Assembly (NCBI GenBank): GCA_002269645.1
Contig: NIVC01000306.1
Span: 115,343 to 179,342 of the forward strand
Source: Macrostomum lignano
Lineage: Eukaryota
Direction of reading: 5' to 3'
DNA length: 64,000 nucleotides
Shown piece after piece: positions 1 through 32,196 of this stretch; the stretch's first letter is position 1; each line of letters starts with the position of its first letter. The translations under genes were made by a program, and so were the position numbers. The notes under the pieces were generated by a model that was given only the letters and a program-made list of their open reading frames with translations, searched no databases and was not told the origin of the DNA.

Positions 1-329
1 CTCAGACACAAGTAAATCTGAGAGACATAATATAACACACGATATTATAGTACAAGCACTAGGAAAAACATAGAGACCGATTCTAGAAAAGGCACAAATA
101 TCGATTCTAGGATGACACAAAACGATATTCTGAGAAAATACGCAAAATTCGATTGCAGGAAAAAAATTTCTGGAAAGAAACAATTATTAATTCTAGGAAA
201 GACACAAAAATCAGTTCAAGTAAATACACAAAATCGATTCCACGAGCGTAGGAAAGACATAAAAATCGATTCTACGAACGAAATGAAAATCGAGTCTTGG
301 AACAACACAACAATCGGTTCTAGGAAATA

Positions 330-895
330 CACAATGACTGATTCTAAGAAAGACAATGAATGATTCTAAGAAAGACACAAAGATCAATTCTAAGAAAGAC
401 ACAAAGATCAATTCTAAGAAAGACACAAAGATCAATTATAAGAAAGACACAAAGATCAATTCTAAGAAAGACACAAAGATCAATTAAGAAAGACACAAAG
501 ATTAATTCTAAGAAAGACACAATGAATGATTCTAAGAAAGACACAAAGATCAATTCTAAGAAAGACACAAAGATCAATTATAAGAAAGACACAAAGATCA
601 ATTATAAGAAAGACACAAAGATCAATTATAAGAAAGACACAAAGATCAATTCTAAGAAAGACACAATGACTGGTTCTAAAAAAGACAAAGAATAAGACCG
701 ATTCTAAGAAAGAAACAATTGTCGATTCTAAGAAAGACACAACGAATGATTTTAAGAAAGGCACAATGACTGATTCCAAGAAGGACACAAATAATAAGAT
801 CGATTCTAAGAAAGAAACAATTGTCGATTCTAAGAAAGACACAATGACTGATTCTAAGAAAGTGACAATGATCGATTCTAGGAAAGACACAACGT
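330..895. repeat. 24-bp minisatellite (TTCTAAGAAAGACACAAAGATCAA)n
   Basis: Direct tandem units, degenerate at the edges. Confidence 0.9.
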
Positions 896-1364
896 GGCCA
901 GCACACACAGCATTAGGACACACCCTAAATAACGTACAGTAAGTCTGTTTGTCTTTCACTCAACGAACTCACTGCTCAGTAAGTCAATATATGCGAAGCG
1001 GATATATGATAAAAAAAGCAGTAGAAGAAAGTGTTTCAAGAAAAACACAAGCAGATTTTGTCTGTCTTGTTTCAATTTTTTGCGACATCTGCCGCGTACG
1101 CGGTATTTGCCCCGTCAAGGGAGGGGAGGCATTGCTAGGGGAGAGAATCTTCCCAGCCAATGACGGTGGCTGGCGGCTAGACTCGGATTGGTCTCAGAGT
1201 TGGCCCCAACCCCTCTGTCAACCGCTGCTCAAGGCATTCTGAGCAGTATTAAGTTGCTTTTGGAGAGCAGCGCAGTCAGACCTCAAGCCTCTATATATAC
1301 ATAGAATTCCTTGGTGAAAAATTTCGATTTTACTTTTTGGACAGCAACACCGGAAGAAACCATC

Positions 1365-17347
<15,983 letters not shown>

Positions 17348-17690
17348 TTTGCTAACACTAAAACTGCATTAAGAGTTACTGAATTATTTGAGTAAAATAT
17401 TAAACTTGTAATTTTCACCCTTGCATACGCTCGTAGCTGTGTAATCCTATTGTTTTTTAATGGGTGAGTTTGAAAAAAAAACATTACAAATTACTTTCGT
17501 CCTGCGTATTGTACGTAAGTTGGCATTGTTTAATTTAAGGCATATTCCCTGCAAATACTTTTATCAAACTAACCATAACCCCTTCTATGAGCGATAAAAT
17601 ATTGTTCACAATAATTCTAATAATAGACTTTTTAATTGTTGTTCTAATATTGTATGCAATCTACATGCGTCTCTACCTACGCTATAGGTA

Positions 17691-17696
17691 AATAAA
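17691..17696 (+). terminator. Candidate polyadenylation signal of NR2E3
   Basis: AATAAA about 345 nt after the stop, in an AT-rich 3' UTR. Confidence 0.45.
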
Positions 17697-17934
17697 TTTG
17701 TTATTAATTTTCAGCTTTATACGTTGTTGACCTCCCACTCGCATACACATATTTGCTCGGAAATTACCGTAAAATATCTGCACTATAATACACTGGAAAA
17801 AAAATCAATGTCAAAACCAATAATCAACTACAACTGCCATTTGTCGAAAGTTTTTAGCTTGAGAAAAAGTTCTCGATTGCTTTGCATAATTTCTTCATGA
17901 AATTGCGAATGAGATTGAGAAAGTAGGAGAGAAG

Positions 17935-18375
17935 CAAAGGAGAGAGAGATCGAGAGGGAGGGAGAGAGGGAGAGGGGGAGATATAGGGAGAGTGAGAGTT
18001 AGAAAGAGAGAGGTAGAGAGGGAGGTAGAGAGGGAGAGGGAGAGGTAGAAAGGGAGAGGGAGAGGCAGAGAGGGAGAGGCAGAGAGGGAGAGGCAGAGAG
18101 GGAGAGGCAGAGAGGGAGAGGCAGAGAGGGAGAGGCAGAGAGGGAGAGGCAGAGAGGGAGAGGCAGAGAGGGAGAGGCAGAGAGGAAGAGGCAGAGAGGG
18201 AGAGGCAGAGAGGGAGAGGCAGAGAGGGAGAGGCAGAGAGGGAGAGGCAGAGAGGGAGAGGGAGAGAGGGAGAGGCAGAGAGGGAGAGGCAGAGAGGGAG
18301 AGGCAGAGAGGGAGAGGGAGAGGTAGAGAGTGAGAGGGAGAGGCAGAGAGGGAGAGGGAAATGTAGAGTTAGAGG
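17935..18375. repeat. 14-bp purine-rich minisatellite (GAGAGGGAGAGGCA)n
   Basis: Tandem units. Confidence 0.9.
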
Positions 18376-19159
18376 TAGACAGCCGAGAAGGGCAGCCGGT
18401 GTTGGAGAGGGGAGCATCAGCTCGCCGGTCAGCCGGTCTCAGCAATGCAAACACACAAATCAGTCGCAGCGCAAAGCTTCCGGTAAAAAAAGCAACCGCT
18501 TTCTCCCTAGAGCGAACAGCGCAGAAGTCGGGATTTATAACAAAAAAATGAGTGAAACCGGATCAGATTAAGGGAGTGTAGGAGAGCATCAGATGCAATC
18601 GCGCGGATTTAAATCTTCCACCTATAACTTCATCCGCGCTTTTTGTGTCTCAATTTCTCTCCAAAGCCACTTTGAGGTCTGACAGACAGACAGAAAGAGA
18701 AAGAATGAGGCAGAGAGAAGGAGAGAGAGGAGGCTCGACATAATCGGCTTAGGGATTAATGAGATTGCCGAGTCAAAGTTGCCGCCTAGCCAGCCAGTCT
18801 TTGTGGCCGGGGAGGGGGGGGGGTACCGGGCGCTTGGGGATGCAGAGGGAAGAGGGAGAGATCATGAAGGCGAATACGACAGAGGCGCATACGGGATGGC
18901 TGGGGAAGAGATGGGAGAATAATTGGGAATCTCGGGAGCGGTTTTGGGGGACCGAAAGAGAAAAGGGGAAGACGATTGAGCGGGAAATCAAGCCTGCAGT
19001 GTGTTTTTTGCGTCCCTTCTCCCCTTTCCTCTTTACTACTTACTGTCTGTCCCATCGCAGTGTCCTTCTGCCTTCAACCTGTCCATATTTCTCAGGATTT
19101 GTGTCTTCTCATCTCAAGGAGATCTTTTACAAGAATTTGGAGCGCGAAGGCTTTTTGAA

Positions 19160-19450
19160 ACCCGTTTATTCACATCGGATAAACCAGTTTATTCATAACG
19201 GATAAACCAGTTTATTCGCATGGGATAAACCAGTTTATTCATAGCAGATAAACCAGTTTATTCACATCGGATAAACCAGTTTATTCACATCGGATAAACC
19301 AGTTTATTCATAACGGATAAACCAGTTTATTCACATGGGATAAACCAGTTTATTCATAGCAGATAAACCAGTTTATTCACATCGGATAAACCAGTTTATT
19401 CACATGGGATAAACCAGTTTATTCATAGCAGATAAACCAGTTTATTCACA
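19160..19450. repeat. 23-bp minisatellite (GGATAAACCAGTTTATTCACATC)n
   Basis: Tandem units. Confidence 0.9.
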
Positions 19451-20227
19451 GCATAATTCAGAGAATTTAATAAATTTTAATTCGTGAGATAAAGTTTAAC
19501 AAAATCCCTATTCGACCGAACAGAAAACTTGTAAAACTTGCTTTCTTCGCCAAAGATTTTAGAAATCCCAGATTCCCTTCAAGGACTCCTTGATCCGCAG
19601 TCCCAGCCCCCCTAAGAAGTCGGAGAATTGGGGATTCACTAGAAATTTTCTTTTTAACGTATGCAAGGTCAGGATACAGAGAGGGGGTATGGGCTTGGGA
19701 AATTCTCGATCAAGTGGGATGAGAGGTTCGGGCGGAGGCCTGTGAGCGCAGATTTTCAAATCTGATTTTCCTCGCTCGAGCGAACCGTTGAGATTTCGAG
19801 CTGTCCAGGACGAGCTGCCTGCCTACTCGCACCCTGCCACACAAAATCCCATTATGACTTCATAACCTTCAATTGGCAGTTCCGAGAGTATAAGAAGACA
19901 GCGTCATGTTTTTTTGCTTTCACCGTAAGCCCGCAAGCTGCTTGAGCTTGAGCAGAAATTGTTCCTTGTGGTTTAGTGACCGGTTACGCCAATTGACTCT
20001 GTGGGGAGTAGATGGCAGCCTGAGGGGTTGAGTCTGGTTTGGACACGTCAAATAAATGAGCCGCGCACCTATCATTACTGTCTGTCTGTCTTGCTGTCAA
20101 GGCCTTCGGGCAAACTGCAGATTTGAGCGATATGGTTTTTGGCAGGGTCTGAAATATTGTTGCTAAGATATAAAATTTTGAAGAAAAAAAATATTTACAC
20201 TTACCTTAGGAGATTGTAAACAAAAAT

Positions 20228-22875
20228 TGTAGATTAGAAATCCCAGATTAGTAGATTATAAATTCAAGATTAGTAGATTAGAAGTCGCCCAGATTAGTAG
20301 ATTAAAAATCCTAGATTAGTAGGCTAGAAACCCTAGATTAGTAGATTAGAAATCCTAGATTAGATTAGAAATCCCAGATTAGTAGATTAGAAATCCTATA
20401 TTAGTAGATTAGAAATCCCATATTAGTAGATTAGAAATCCCATATTAGTAGGCTAGAAACCCTAGATTAGTAGATTCGAAATCCTAGATTAGTAGATTAT
20501 AAATCCTAGATTAGTAGATTATAAATCCTAGATTAGTAGATTAGAAATCCTAGATTACTAGATTAGAAATCCTAGATTAGTAGATAAGAAATCCTAGATT
20601 AGTAGATTAGAAATCCTAGATTAGTAGATTAGAAATCCTAGATTAGTAGATTAGAAATCCAAGATTAGTAGATTATAAATCCTAGATTAGTAGATTAGAA
20701 ATCCTAGATTAGCAGACTAGAAATCCTAGATTAGTAGATTAGAAATCCCAGATTAGTAGATTAGAAATCCTAGATTAGTAGATTAGAAATCCCAGATTAG
20801 TAGATTAGAAATCCTAGATTAGTAGATTAGAAATCCTAGATTAGTAGGCTAGAAACCCTAGATTAGTAGATTAGAAATCCTAGATTAGTAGATTAGAAAT
20901 CCCAGATTAGTAGATTAGAAATCCTAGATTAGTAGATTAGAAATCCCATATTAGCAGATTAGAAATCCCATATTAGTAGGCTAGAAACCCTAGATTAGTA
21001 GATTCGAAATCCAAGATTAGTAGATTTTAAATCCTAGATTAGTAGATTATAAATCCTAGATTAGTAGATTAGAAATCCCAGATTAGTAGATTAGAAATCC
21101 TAGATTAGTAGATAAGAAATCCTAGATTACTAGATTAGAAATCCTAGATTAGTAGATTAGAAATCCTAGATTAGTAGATTAGAAATCCCAGATTAGTAGA
21201 TTAGAAATCCTAGATTAGTAGATTAGAAATCCTAGATTAGTAGGCTAGAAACCCTAGATTAGTAGATTAGAAATCCTAGATTAGTAGATTAGAAATCCCA
21301 GATTAGTAGATTAGAAATCCTAGATTAGTAGATTAGAAATCCCATATTAGCAGATTAGAAATCCCATATTAGTAGGCTAGAAACCCTAGATTAGTAGATT
21401 CGAAATCCAAGATTAGTAGATTTTAAATCCTAGATTAGTAGATTATAAATCCTAGATTAGTAGATTAGAAATCCCAGATTAGTAGATTAAAAATCCTAGA
21501 TTAGTAGATAAGAAATCCTAGATTACTAGATTAGAAATCCTAGATTAGTAGATTAGAAATCCTAGATTAGTAGATTAGAAATCCCAGATTAGTAGATTAG
21601 AAATCCTAGATTAGTAGATTAGAAATCCTAGATTAGTAGATTAGAAATCCAAGATTAGTAGATTAGAAATCCTAGATTAGTAGATTAGAAATCCCAGATT
21701 AGTAGATTAGAAATCCTAGATTAGTAGATTAGAAATCCTAGATTAGTAGATTAGAAATCCTAGATTAGTAGATTAGAAATCCTAGATTAGTAGATTAGAA
21801 ATCCAAGATTAGTAGATTAGAAATCCTAGATTAGTAGATTTGAAATCCAAGATTAGTAGATTAGAAATCCTAGATTACTAGATTAGAAATCCTAGATTAG
21901 TAGATTAGAAATCCTAGATTAGTAGATTAGAAATCCCAGATTAGTAGATTAGAAATCCTAGATTAGTAGATTAGAAATCCTAGATTAGTAGGCTAGAAAC
22001 CCTAGATTAGTAGATTAGAAATCCTAGATTAGTAGATTAGAAATCCCAGATTAGTAGATTAGAAATCCTAGATTAGTAGATTAGAAATCCCATATTAGCA
22101 GATTAGAAATCCCATATTAGTAGGCTAGAAACCCTAGATTAGTAGATTCGAAATCCAAGATTAGTAGATTTTAAATCCTAGATTAGTAGATTATAAATCC
22201 TAGATTAGTAGATTAGAAATCCCAGATTAGTAGATTAAAAATCCTAGATTAGTAGATAAGAAATCCTAGATTACTAGATTAGAAATCCTAGATTAGTAGA
22301 TTAGAAATCCTAGATTAGTAGATTAGAAATCCCAGATTAGTAGATTAGAAATCCTAGATTAGTAGATTAGAAATCCTAGATTAGTAGATTAGAAATCCAA
22401 GATTAGTAGATTAGAAATCCTAGATTAGTAGATTAGAAATCCCAGATTAGTAGATTAGAAATCCTAGATTAGTAGATTAGAAATCCTAGATTAGTAGATT
22501 AGAAATCCTAGATTAGTAGATTAGAAATCCTAGATTAGTAGATTAGAAATCCAAGATTAGTAGATTAGAAATCCTAGATTAGTAGATTTGAAATCCAAGA
22601 TTAGTAGATTAGAAATCCCAGATTAGTAGAATTGAAATCCAAGATTAGTAGATTAGAAATCCTAGATTAGTAAATTTTAAATCCAAGATTAGTAGATTAG
22701 AAATCCTAGATTAGTAGATTTTAAATCCTAGATTAGTAGATTTTAAATCCTAGATTAGTAGATTTTAAATCCTAGATTAGTAGATTTTAAATCCCAGATT
22801 AGTAGATAAGAAATCCCATATTAGTGGATAAGAAATCCCATATTAGTAGATTAGAAATCCCATATTAGTAGATGA
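20228..22875. repeat. 22-bp satellite (TAGATTAGTAGATTAGAAATCC)n, about 120 units, with higher-order structure
   Basis: Tandem units with recurring variant blocks. Confidence 0.95.
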
Positions 22876-23499
22876 TAAGTCTATCACTCCACCATTGGAG
22901 TCGCCAGCCAAGCAAAACTGACTTATCTCACTGCAGTCTTGTTTATTCTCCGTGAATATCTTCCGCCTCCCATTTGCCAAAGCTGGCATTTCATGTTCTT
23001 CTTTTTGGCTTCTGGATATAAGTTATCCCCACGAGGATAACCTTAGTCTGCTTTTTTGTGCTAGCATTTCTCAAACACACTCTCCCTACAAGGCATAATT
23101 GATCAACATGATCTCTGTATTTCAGATTCTTATATCATATCGCTGATGCGTATCGTAATAGAGAAATATGAAAGAGGCCGATTTCGTGTCCCCTGCAATC
23201 TGTTTAGTTTCGGCTGACTGACTAAAACAAAACTGTTCGGCCCACCAGTTCGAACCATTTGCCTCTCAGTAAGCTCACTGAACAAGATCTTTCCTTTTCG
23301 ATTTATGCTTAAATAGGTTTTTTAGTGGCTAGCGCAAATATGTCTGCTGCGTGCTTATCTGCCTACTTATTAGCGGCACTGATGGTATAAGTGGGGTAAA
23401 TTTTGGCTAGATTTGAAACATTTACGCTCGTAAGGCGATTGAAATGAAAGCAATTGAGTTTTTTCAACTTATTATTCACATAGGCACTATATTTTAAAG

Positions 23500-24000
23500 C
23501 TATGAGATTATCAAGATGAGATAAACAGGCTATGAGATTAAAGACCTGTGAGATTATCGAGATTACCTCGATAATATCGAGGTGTGAGATTATAGAGTTG
23601 TGTAATTATCGAGTTGTGAGATTATCGAGCCATGAGATTATATAGTTGTGAGATTATATAGTTGTGGGATTATCTGGTTATGAGATTATCTAGTTGTGAG
23701 ATTATCGAGTTGTGAGATTATCCAGTTGAGATTATCCAGTTGTGAAATTATCTAGTTGTGAGATTATCGAATTTTGAGATTATCTAGTTGTGAGATTATC
23801 GAATTTTGAGATTATCTAGTTGTGAGATTATCTAGTTGTGAGATTATCCAGTTGTGAGATTATCCAGTTGTGAGATTATCCAGTTGTGAGATTATCCAGT
23901 TGTGAGATTATCCAGTTGTGAGATTATCCAGTTGTGAGATTATCCAGTTGTGAGATTATCCAGTTGTGAGATTATCCAGTTGTGAGATAATCTAGTTGTG
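23500..24000. repeat. 16-bp minisatellite (GTGAGATTATCCAGTT)n
   Basis: Tandem units. Confidence 0.88.
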
Positions 24001-24316
24001 AGCTTAGCGGAGAAATTCAGCCGTGAGATTTTTCTTTTAATTCGAAAATAAAAAAACAAAAAAGTCAATATTATGCCAATTGTGATAGTCAATGCAACAA
24101 TGTAAGTAATTGACAAAGAAAAGGTACAGATAGCTACATATACTTCATTCAATCGTTTCAATACCACATGAAACAGTAACAAAAAAGTAATTTTTAGCAC
24201 CGGTGAAAACAAACAAAATATACAATAGAAATTTGACGTGAACGGTTCAGATGCACTCAAATGAAATAACGTTAGCACCGTGTGAAAGCTATGGAAAGAA
24301 GTGATAGACAGAAAGC

Positions 24317-24322
24317 TTTATT
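24317..24322 (-). terminator. Candidate polyadenylation signal of the dioxygenase gene
   Basis: AATAAA on the minus strand about 175 nt after the stop. Confidence 0.45.
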
Positions 24323-24495
24323 AACACAGAATTGTTAATATTACACGCAGGTGAAGTAACTTATGAGCATATGCACTATCAGTTTTTCATAGCGGCGAAA
24401 CTTAATCATTAAATATATTTGAAAACAGGTCTTGTGTAAATTTTGACCATTTCATACGGTTTTTTTCTAAGTACGAGCTAGCATCCAGTTTTGTC

Positions 24496-28396
<3,901 letters not shown>

Positions 28397-28502
28397 GGGT
28401 GAAAGATGCAAAGAGTCTTAGTTCGAAGCAATTGTCTTGAATAAGGTAGATTAGTGCAGAGAGTCTGCCAGGTCATGCCACAATTGTATGCTTTTTCGAG
28501 AG

Positions 28503-28510
28503 TATTTATA
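28503..28510 (-). promoter_or_regulatory. TATA box of the dioxygenase gene
   Basis: TATAAATA on the minus strand about 110 nt upstream of ATG 28396. Confidence 0.5.
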
Positions 28511-29065
28511 GCCGAATAATGTCGCAGTGCAGCACTCACCCACGAGGCGAGTGCGAGCCCGAGTTCGGACGTTCACCCTAGTCGGTGGGTCAGAAAAGGG
28601 CTTGTAAAGCAGATCACGCGTGATCTAAGTGCACGCCTAGCAATTTCTATTTACCAGTCTGTAAGTTATCTTGTAAAAAAGTCTTCCGATTTTGATTACA
28701 GCGCGTGGCATGCGAGGCTTATCGGCTTGTGCCTACTTGAACTCGTTTCGGCTTTAACTTGATTGCAATGGTGCGGACGTCATATTTGACACAGAGCTTG
28801 TGTTTAGCGGCAAGACTTGAGAATTTTTTAAAAAGATAATGCTAATCGAACACGCGGTCAACACGAGACTTTGATAATAGACATTTTGATAGCATCTCTG
28901 CCGCAGCAGAAAAGTACAGATGACGTTGTTTGCTTTATTTTTTCGGTTTATTTGAAATGTGTACGTGTGCTTTTTATGGACTAATCAAAACTTGTAATTA
29001 AATCCAAGATTAATTATAATTTTTTGCGATCTTTACTTTGCCAAAAACGCAATCTCTATTCATGT

Positions 29066-29360
29066 CATGGATGAATAATATAACTGGATCGCCAGAAGCT
29101 CGATTTTTTGGTCCTAGCCATAGACAAGCACCAGCATCACAAGAAGCTCAGAATGCCGTACTTTCACACATAGACAAATAGCCGCTGCAGAAGCTGCAAA
29201 CCTTTATTTATAAGTATTCTATTTTATGTCCAAGCACATGCTCGCAATATATGCAGGGTGAAAGTACGGCATTCTGAGCTTCTTGTGATGCTGGTGCTTG
29301 TCTATGGCTAGGACCAAAAAAATCGAGCTTCTGGCGATCCAGTTATATTATTCATCCATG
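29066..29360. mobile_element. MITE, P-element-like (hAT is the alternative), about 102-bp TIRs, 8-bp TSD
   Basis: Arms 29066..29167 and 29258..29360 are near-perfect reverse complements; ATTCATGT is duplicated at 29058-29065 and 29361-29368; termini read CATGGATGAATAATATAAC. Confidence 0.88.
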
Positions 29361-29374
29361 ATTCATGTACGCTC

Positions 29375-31830
29375 GTACTATTTACAACCCAGCTTGAGCC
29401 ATAGACTAATCTCAGAAAACTTTGCCAGAACTGAGACCAAAATATAAGCAAACAAAGCACCATAGACCAGGTGCGGGCAAATTCCGGCACCCGCATGTAG
29501 CCTGCAAAGCCTCTCTATCCGGCCCTCGGATCCTTTTAAACTTCACAATAGCAATTCGGCCTGCTCAAGGTTTGTGCCCCGTCTCTGCTCCTTACTCCTT
29601 CTTTTATCTCATCTCCTCTCTCCTCTCCCCCTCTTCTCTCTTCTCTCTTCTCTCTTCGCTCCTCTCTCCTCTCCTTCTCTCCTCTCTCCTCTCTCCTCTC
29701 TTCTCCTTCTCTGCTCTATTTTCTCCTCTTTCCTCTCCATAATGATTTAATGGACGAATACGCCAATTGACCCTGCTGGCGAATATGATCGCGACAGTTT
29801 TGGTCTCGGACCTGTCCGTCCATTGTTCAGCAGAGCGAATAAAGTTTTGTAAAAGATCTCTAAGGGTTTCAGGTGACGGCCCGCATGCCATGCACGGCTG
29901 TGACATCATCGACATAACCGACCTTAATGATGGGGTCAAGATCACAGAACTTACTGTGGTCTGTGGTCTGTGGTCTGTCTGTGTTCTGTAGTCAAGATGG
30001 CTGTCCTAATGGAGCTCATCGATTACCATGTTCCAGAGAACTGGAGAAAGAACACCGCCTTGGGGGCTGCCTTTGCAGATGTTTATCATCCGTTGGTGGC
30101 CCAGCAGGTGCGCGGTGGCAGTACGAAAACTGATCGTATACATGATCCACCTGATAAGGTGCGAGTGGGAGTGATCAGGGGGTCGGGCCTGGCTGGCTCG
30201 TTCGAGATAAACGCTGTAAGCATCGCCTCCAGTGTTTTCCTGGGTTTTCAGTGGGCGAGTCGTCGGCTCTCTTGACTGAGGAAAGTTTGGACATTTTGTC
30301 CTGCGTAAACGCTTTAACGATCCTGGAGGTGGTGACCTCGAGTTCCTCACAGTTTTCGCGTCACTTGTTTGTTTCGGCGTTCCTGACCCTGCCTCTTGAA
30401 TCCGTGGATTGTGTTCAGGTAGGTGGTTTGGTCGGCCAAGTTTTTAATTTTCTGGGCCCTACGGTGAAGCCTTTTGGTTCTGCGACGGAGGTCGCCAAGC
30501 TGCGGGTTCCACCATGGGGCCGGCTGTTTGCCTTTATTTGCCCGAGGCTTCGAAGGCAGCAGTGAGCGAGTCCGTGAGCACGGCCGCAAAGTTATCTGCT
30601 TCCTCGCAGGTGTTGGTGGAGACTGGAGCGCTAGTGCAACGATAGGTCTCCTTCCGGACACTCCTGAAAGTAGTCCAGTCGGTAATCCTAGCATTCCGTT
30701 TCCAGTACAGCTGGTCTGCGTTTCGGGCGCTGGCCAGCTTAAAAGAGATGAACTTGGGATTGGAGAGGGACGCCCCAGGAAGCACCCGCCACTCCCTACT
30801 AGTGCTCTGGAGAAGCCTGGGCGTGGCAAGGGCGTTGTTGAAGGTAGGGGTACTACCCGAGTTGCAGAACTTAAGGGTTGTAGTTGTAGTATAGGTCAGG
30901 AAGTCTTCACCTCTCTGGTTGATTTCAGAACTGCCCCAGTGGGTGTGGTGGGCGTTGATGTCGCCTGCCACAAGCAGCTCATAATTTCTGGTGGAGCAAA
31001 GCTCTACCAATGTGACAAGCTCTCCCAGGGAGTATGTCTTCAGATTGGACAACACAGAGTCCCTGGTGGACAGGTCCGATCTGATCCATGCGTTAATAAA
31101 GCTAGACACCACGATACAGGATCTTGGTGCCAGGTTTTCCTCCCCGGTGCCAGCGGTTAAAAACTGGTAGCCGGAGGGGACGTTTTGTGGGCTGCCCCTG
31201 AGCGTCCAAGGTTACTGGATAAGAATGATTCCTGGTGCGTTGTGCTTCATGAGGTTGACTGAAGCAGCAACGCTGTGCTGCAGGTTGACCTGCAAGCAGT
31301 GAATGCCCTGAGAGACGGTCATGCCTACTGTCCAGGGCCGGAGAAAAGCAACTCATCCTCATTTCTTAGCCTTCTCGGTGAGGGTTGAGTCGTGGAGGTG
31401 GACGCGGCACCCGTGGCAGGTGAGACACTTAGCCGCACTGCAACTGAGTTACGGCTGCTGCCTTTGCCTTGCGCCCGGCCGTCAAAAGTCTGAACTCGGC
31501 CGGCAACATCCTCCTGGAGGCAATCCCACCAGTTGGATGGCTGAGCCGTGCCGTCGTCCAGTTCCTCCGACTGGCTTTGTGCGGTGTTGCGAGCGGCACG
31601 AGTCCGCTCGAGTTGAAATCTCAGAGACTGAGCTTCATCAAGTGCGCGCTGAACTTGCACGATGGAACGCTCAACGCCATGCAGTAACTCGACACATTTC
31701 AGCGCGCTCCACCCCGCCTGATGCAGACGAGGTCGCGCACGTCTTTAGCAAGCTCTGGTTAGTGTAGCGCGACGTGTCATCTGGTGCTACGTGCCTCAGG
31801 AGCTCCTTGACTGCGTTTGCTAGAGAATTG
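29375..31830 (-). mobile_element. Decayed non-LTR retrotransposon (R1/LOA-like LINE): ORF1 remnant plus APE endonuclease and RT fragments
   Basis: ORF1 remnant stops (TAG) just before ORF2 ATG 31322. Then LQVNLQHS..IILIQ*PW, VAGDINAHHTHWGS, NSGSTPTF (APE), PAPWWNPQL, KGSPQGGVLSPVLWNMVIDEL, GYVDDV (RT catalytic), TLRDLLQ..AEQW, RTWS..LIFW..VYGS. Contains stops, frameshifts, an internal deletion and a (CT)-rich insertion at about 29590-29740. Confidence 0.88.
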
Positions 31831-32196
31831 ACGTCCAATCGTCAAATACCCAAGTATTCGGACAGAGAGGACAGTGAATGCATGCATTCGGAGTTTGATG
31901 TTCGTTAAATAAATCAATTAGATAGCGAAAAACCGAATTGCCTGTTGATTTCAGTTTTTAGTCTATATGAGTACCGGTAGTGATTATGAACTCTTCATTG
32001 TACCAAATGTATTGGACGCGGTAAAAACCAAATGGGAAGAATGGGAAGATATTCAAGAGTTCTTGAATATGTATTGAATATTAAAATCTACTTTTTGACG
32101 ATTCTAACATTATATTTTAATAGACAATGGTAGAAAATTACTGATGTGATTAATAAGGTGAAGCAGCTTTACTGATACTAAGATAAAGTTACAAAA

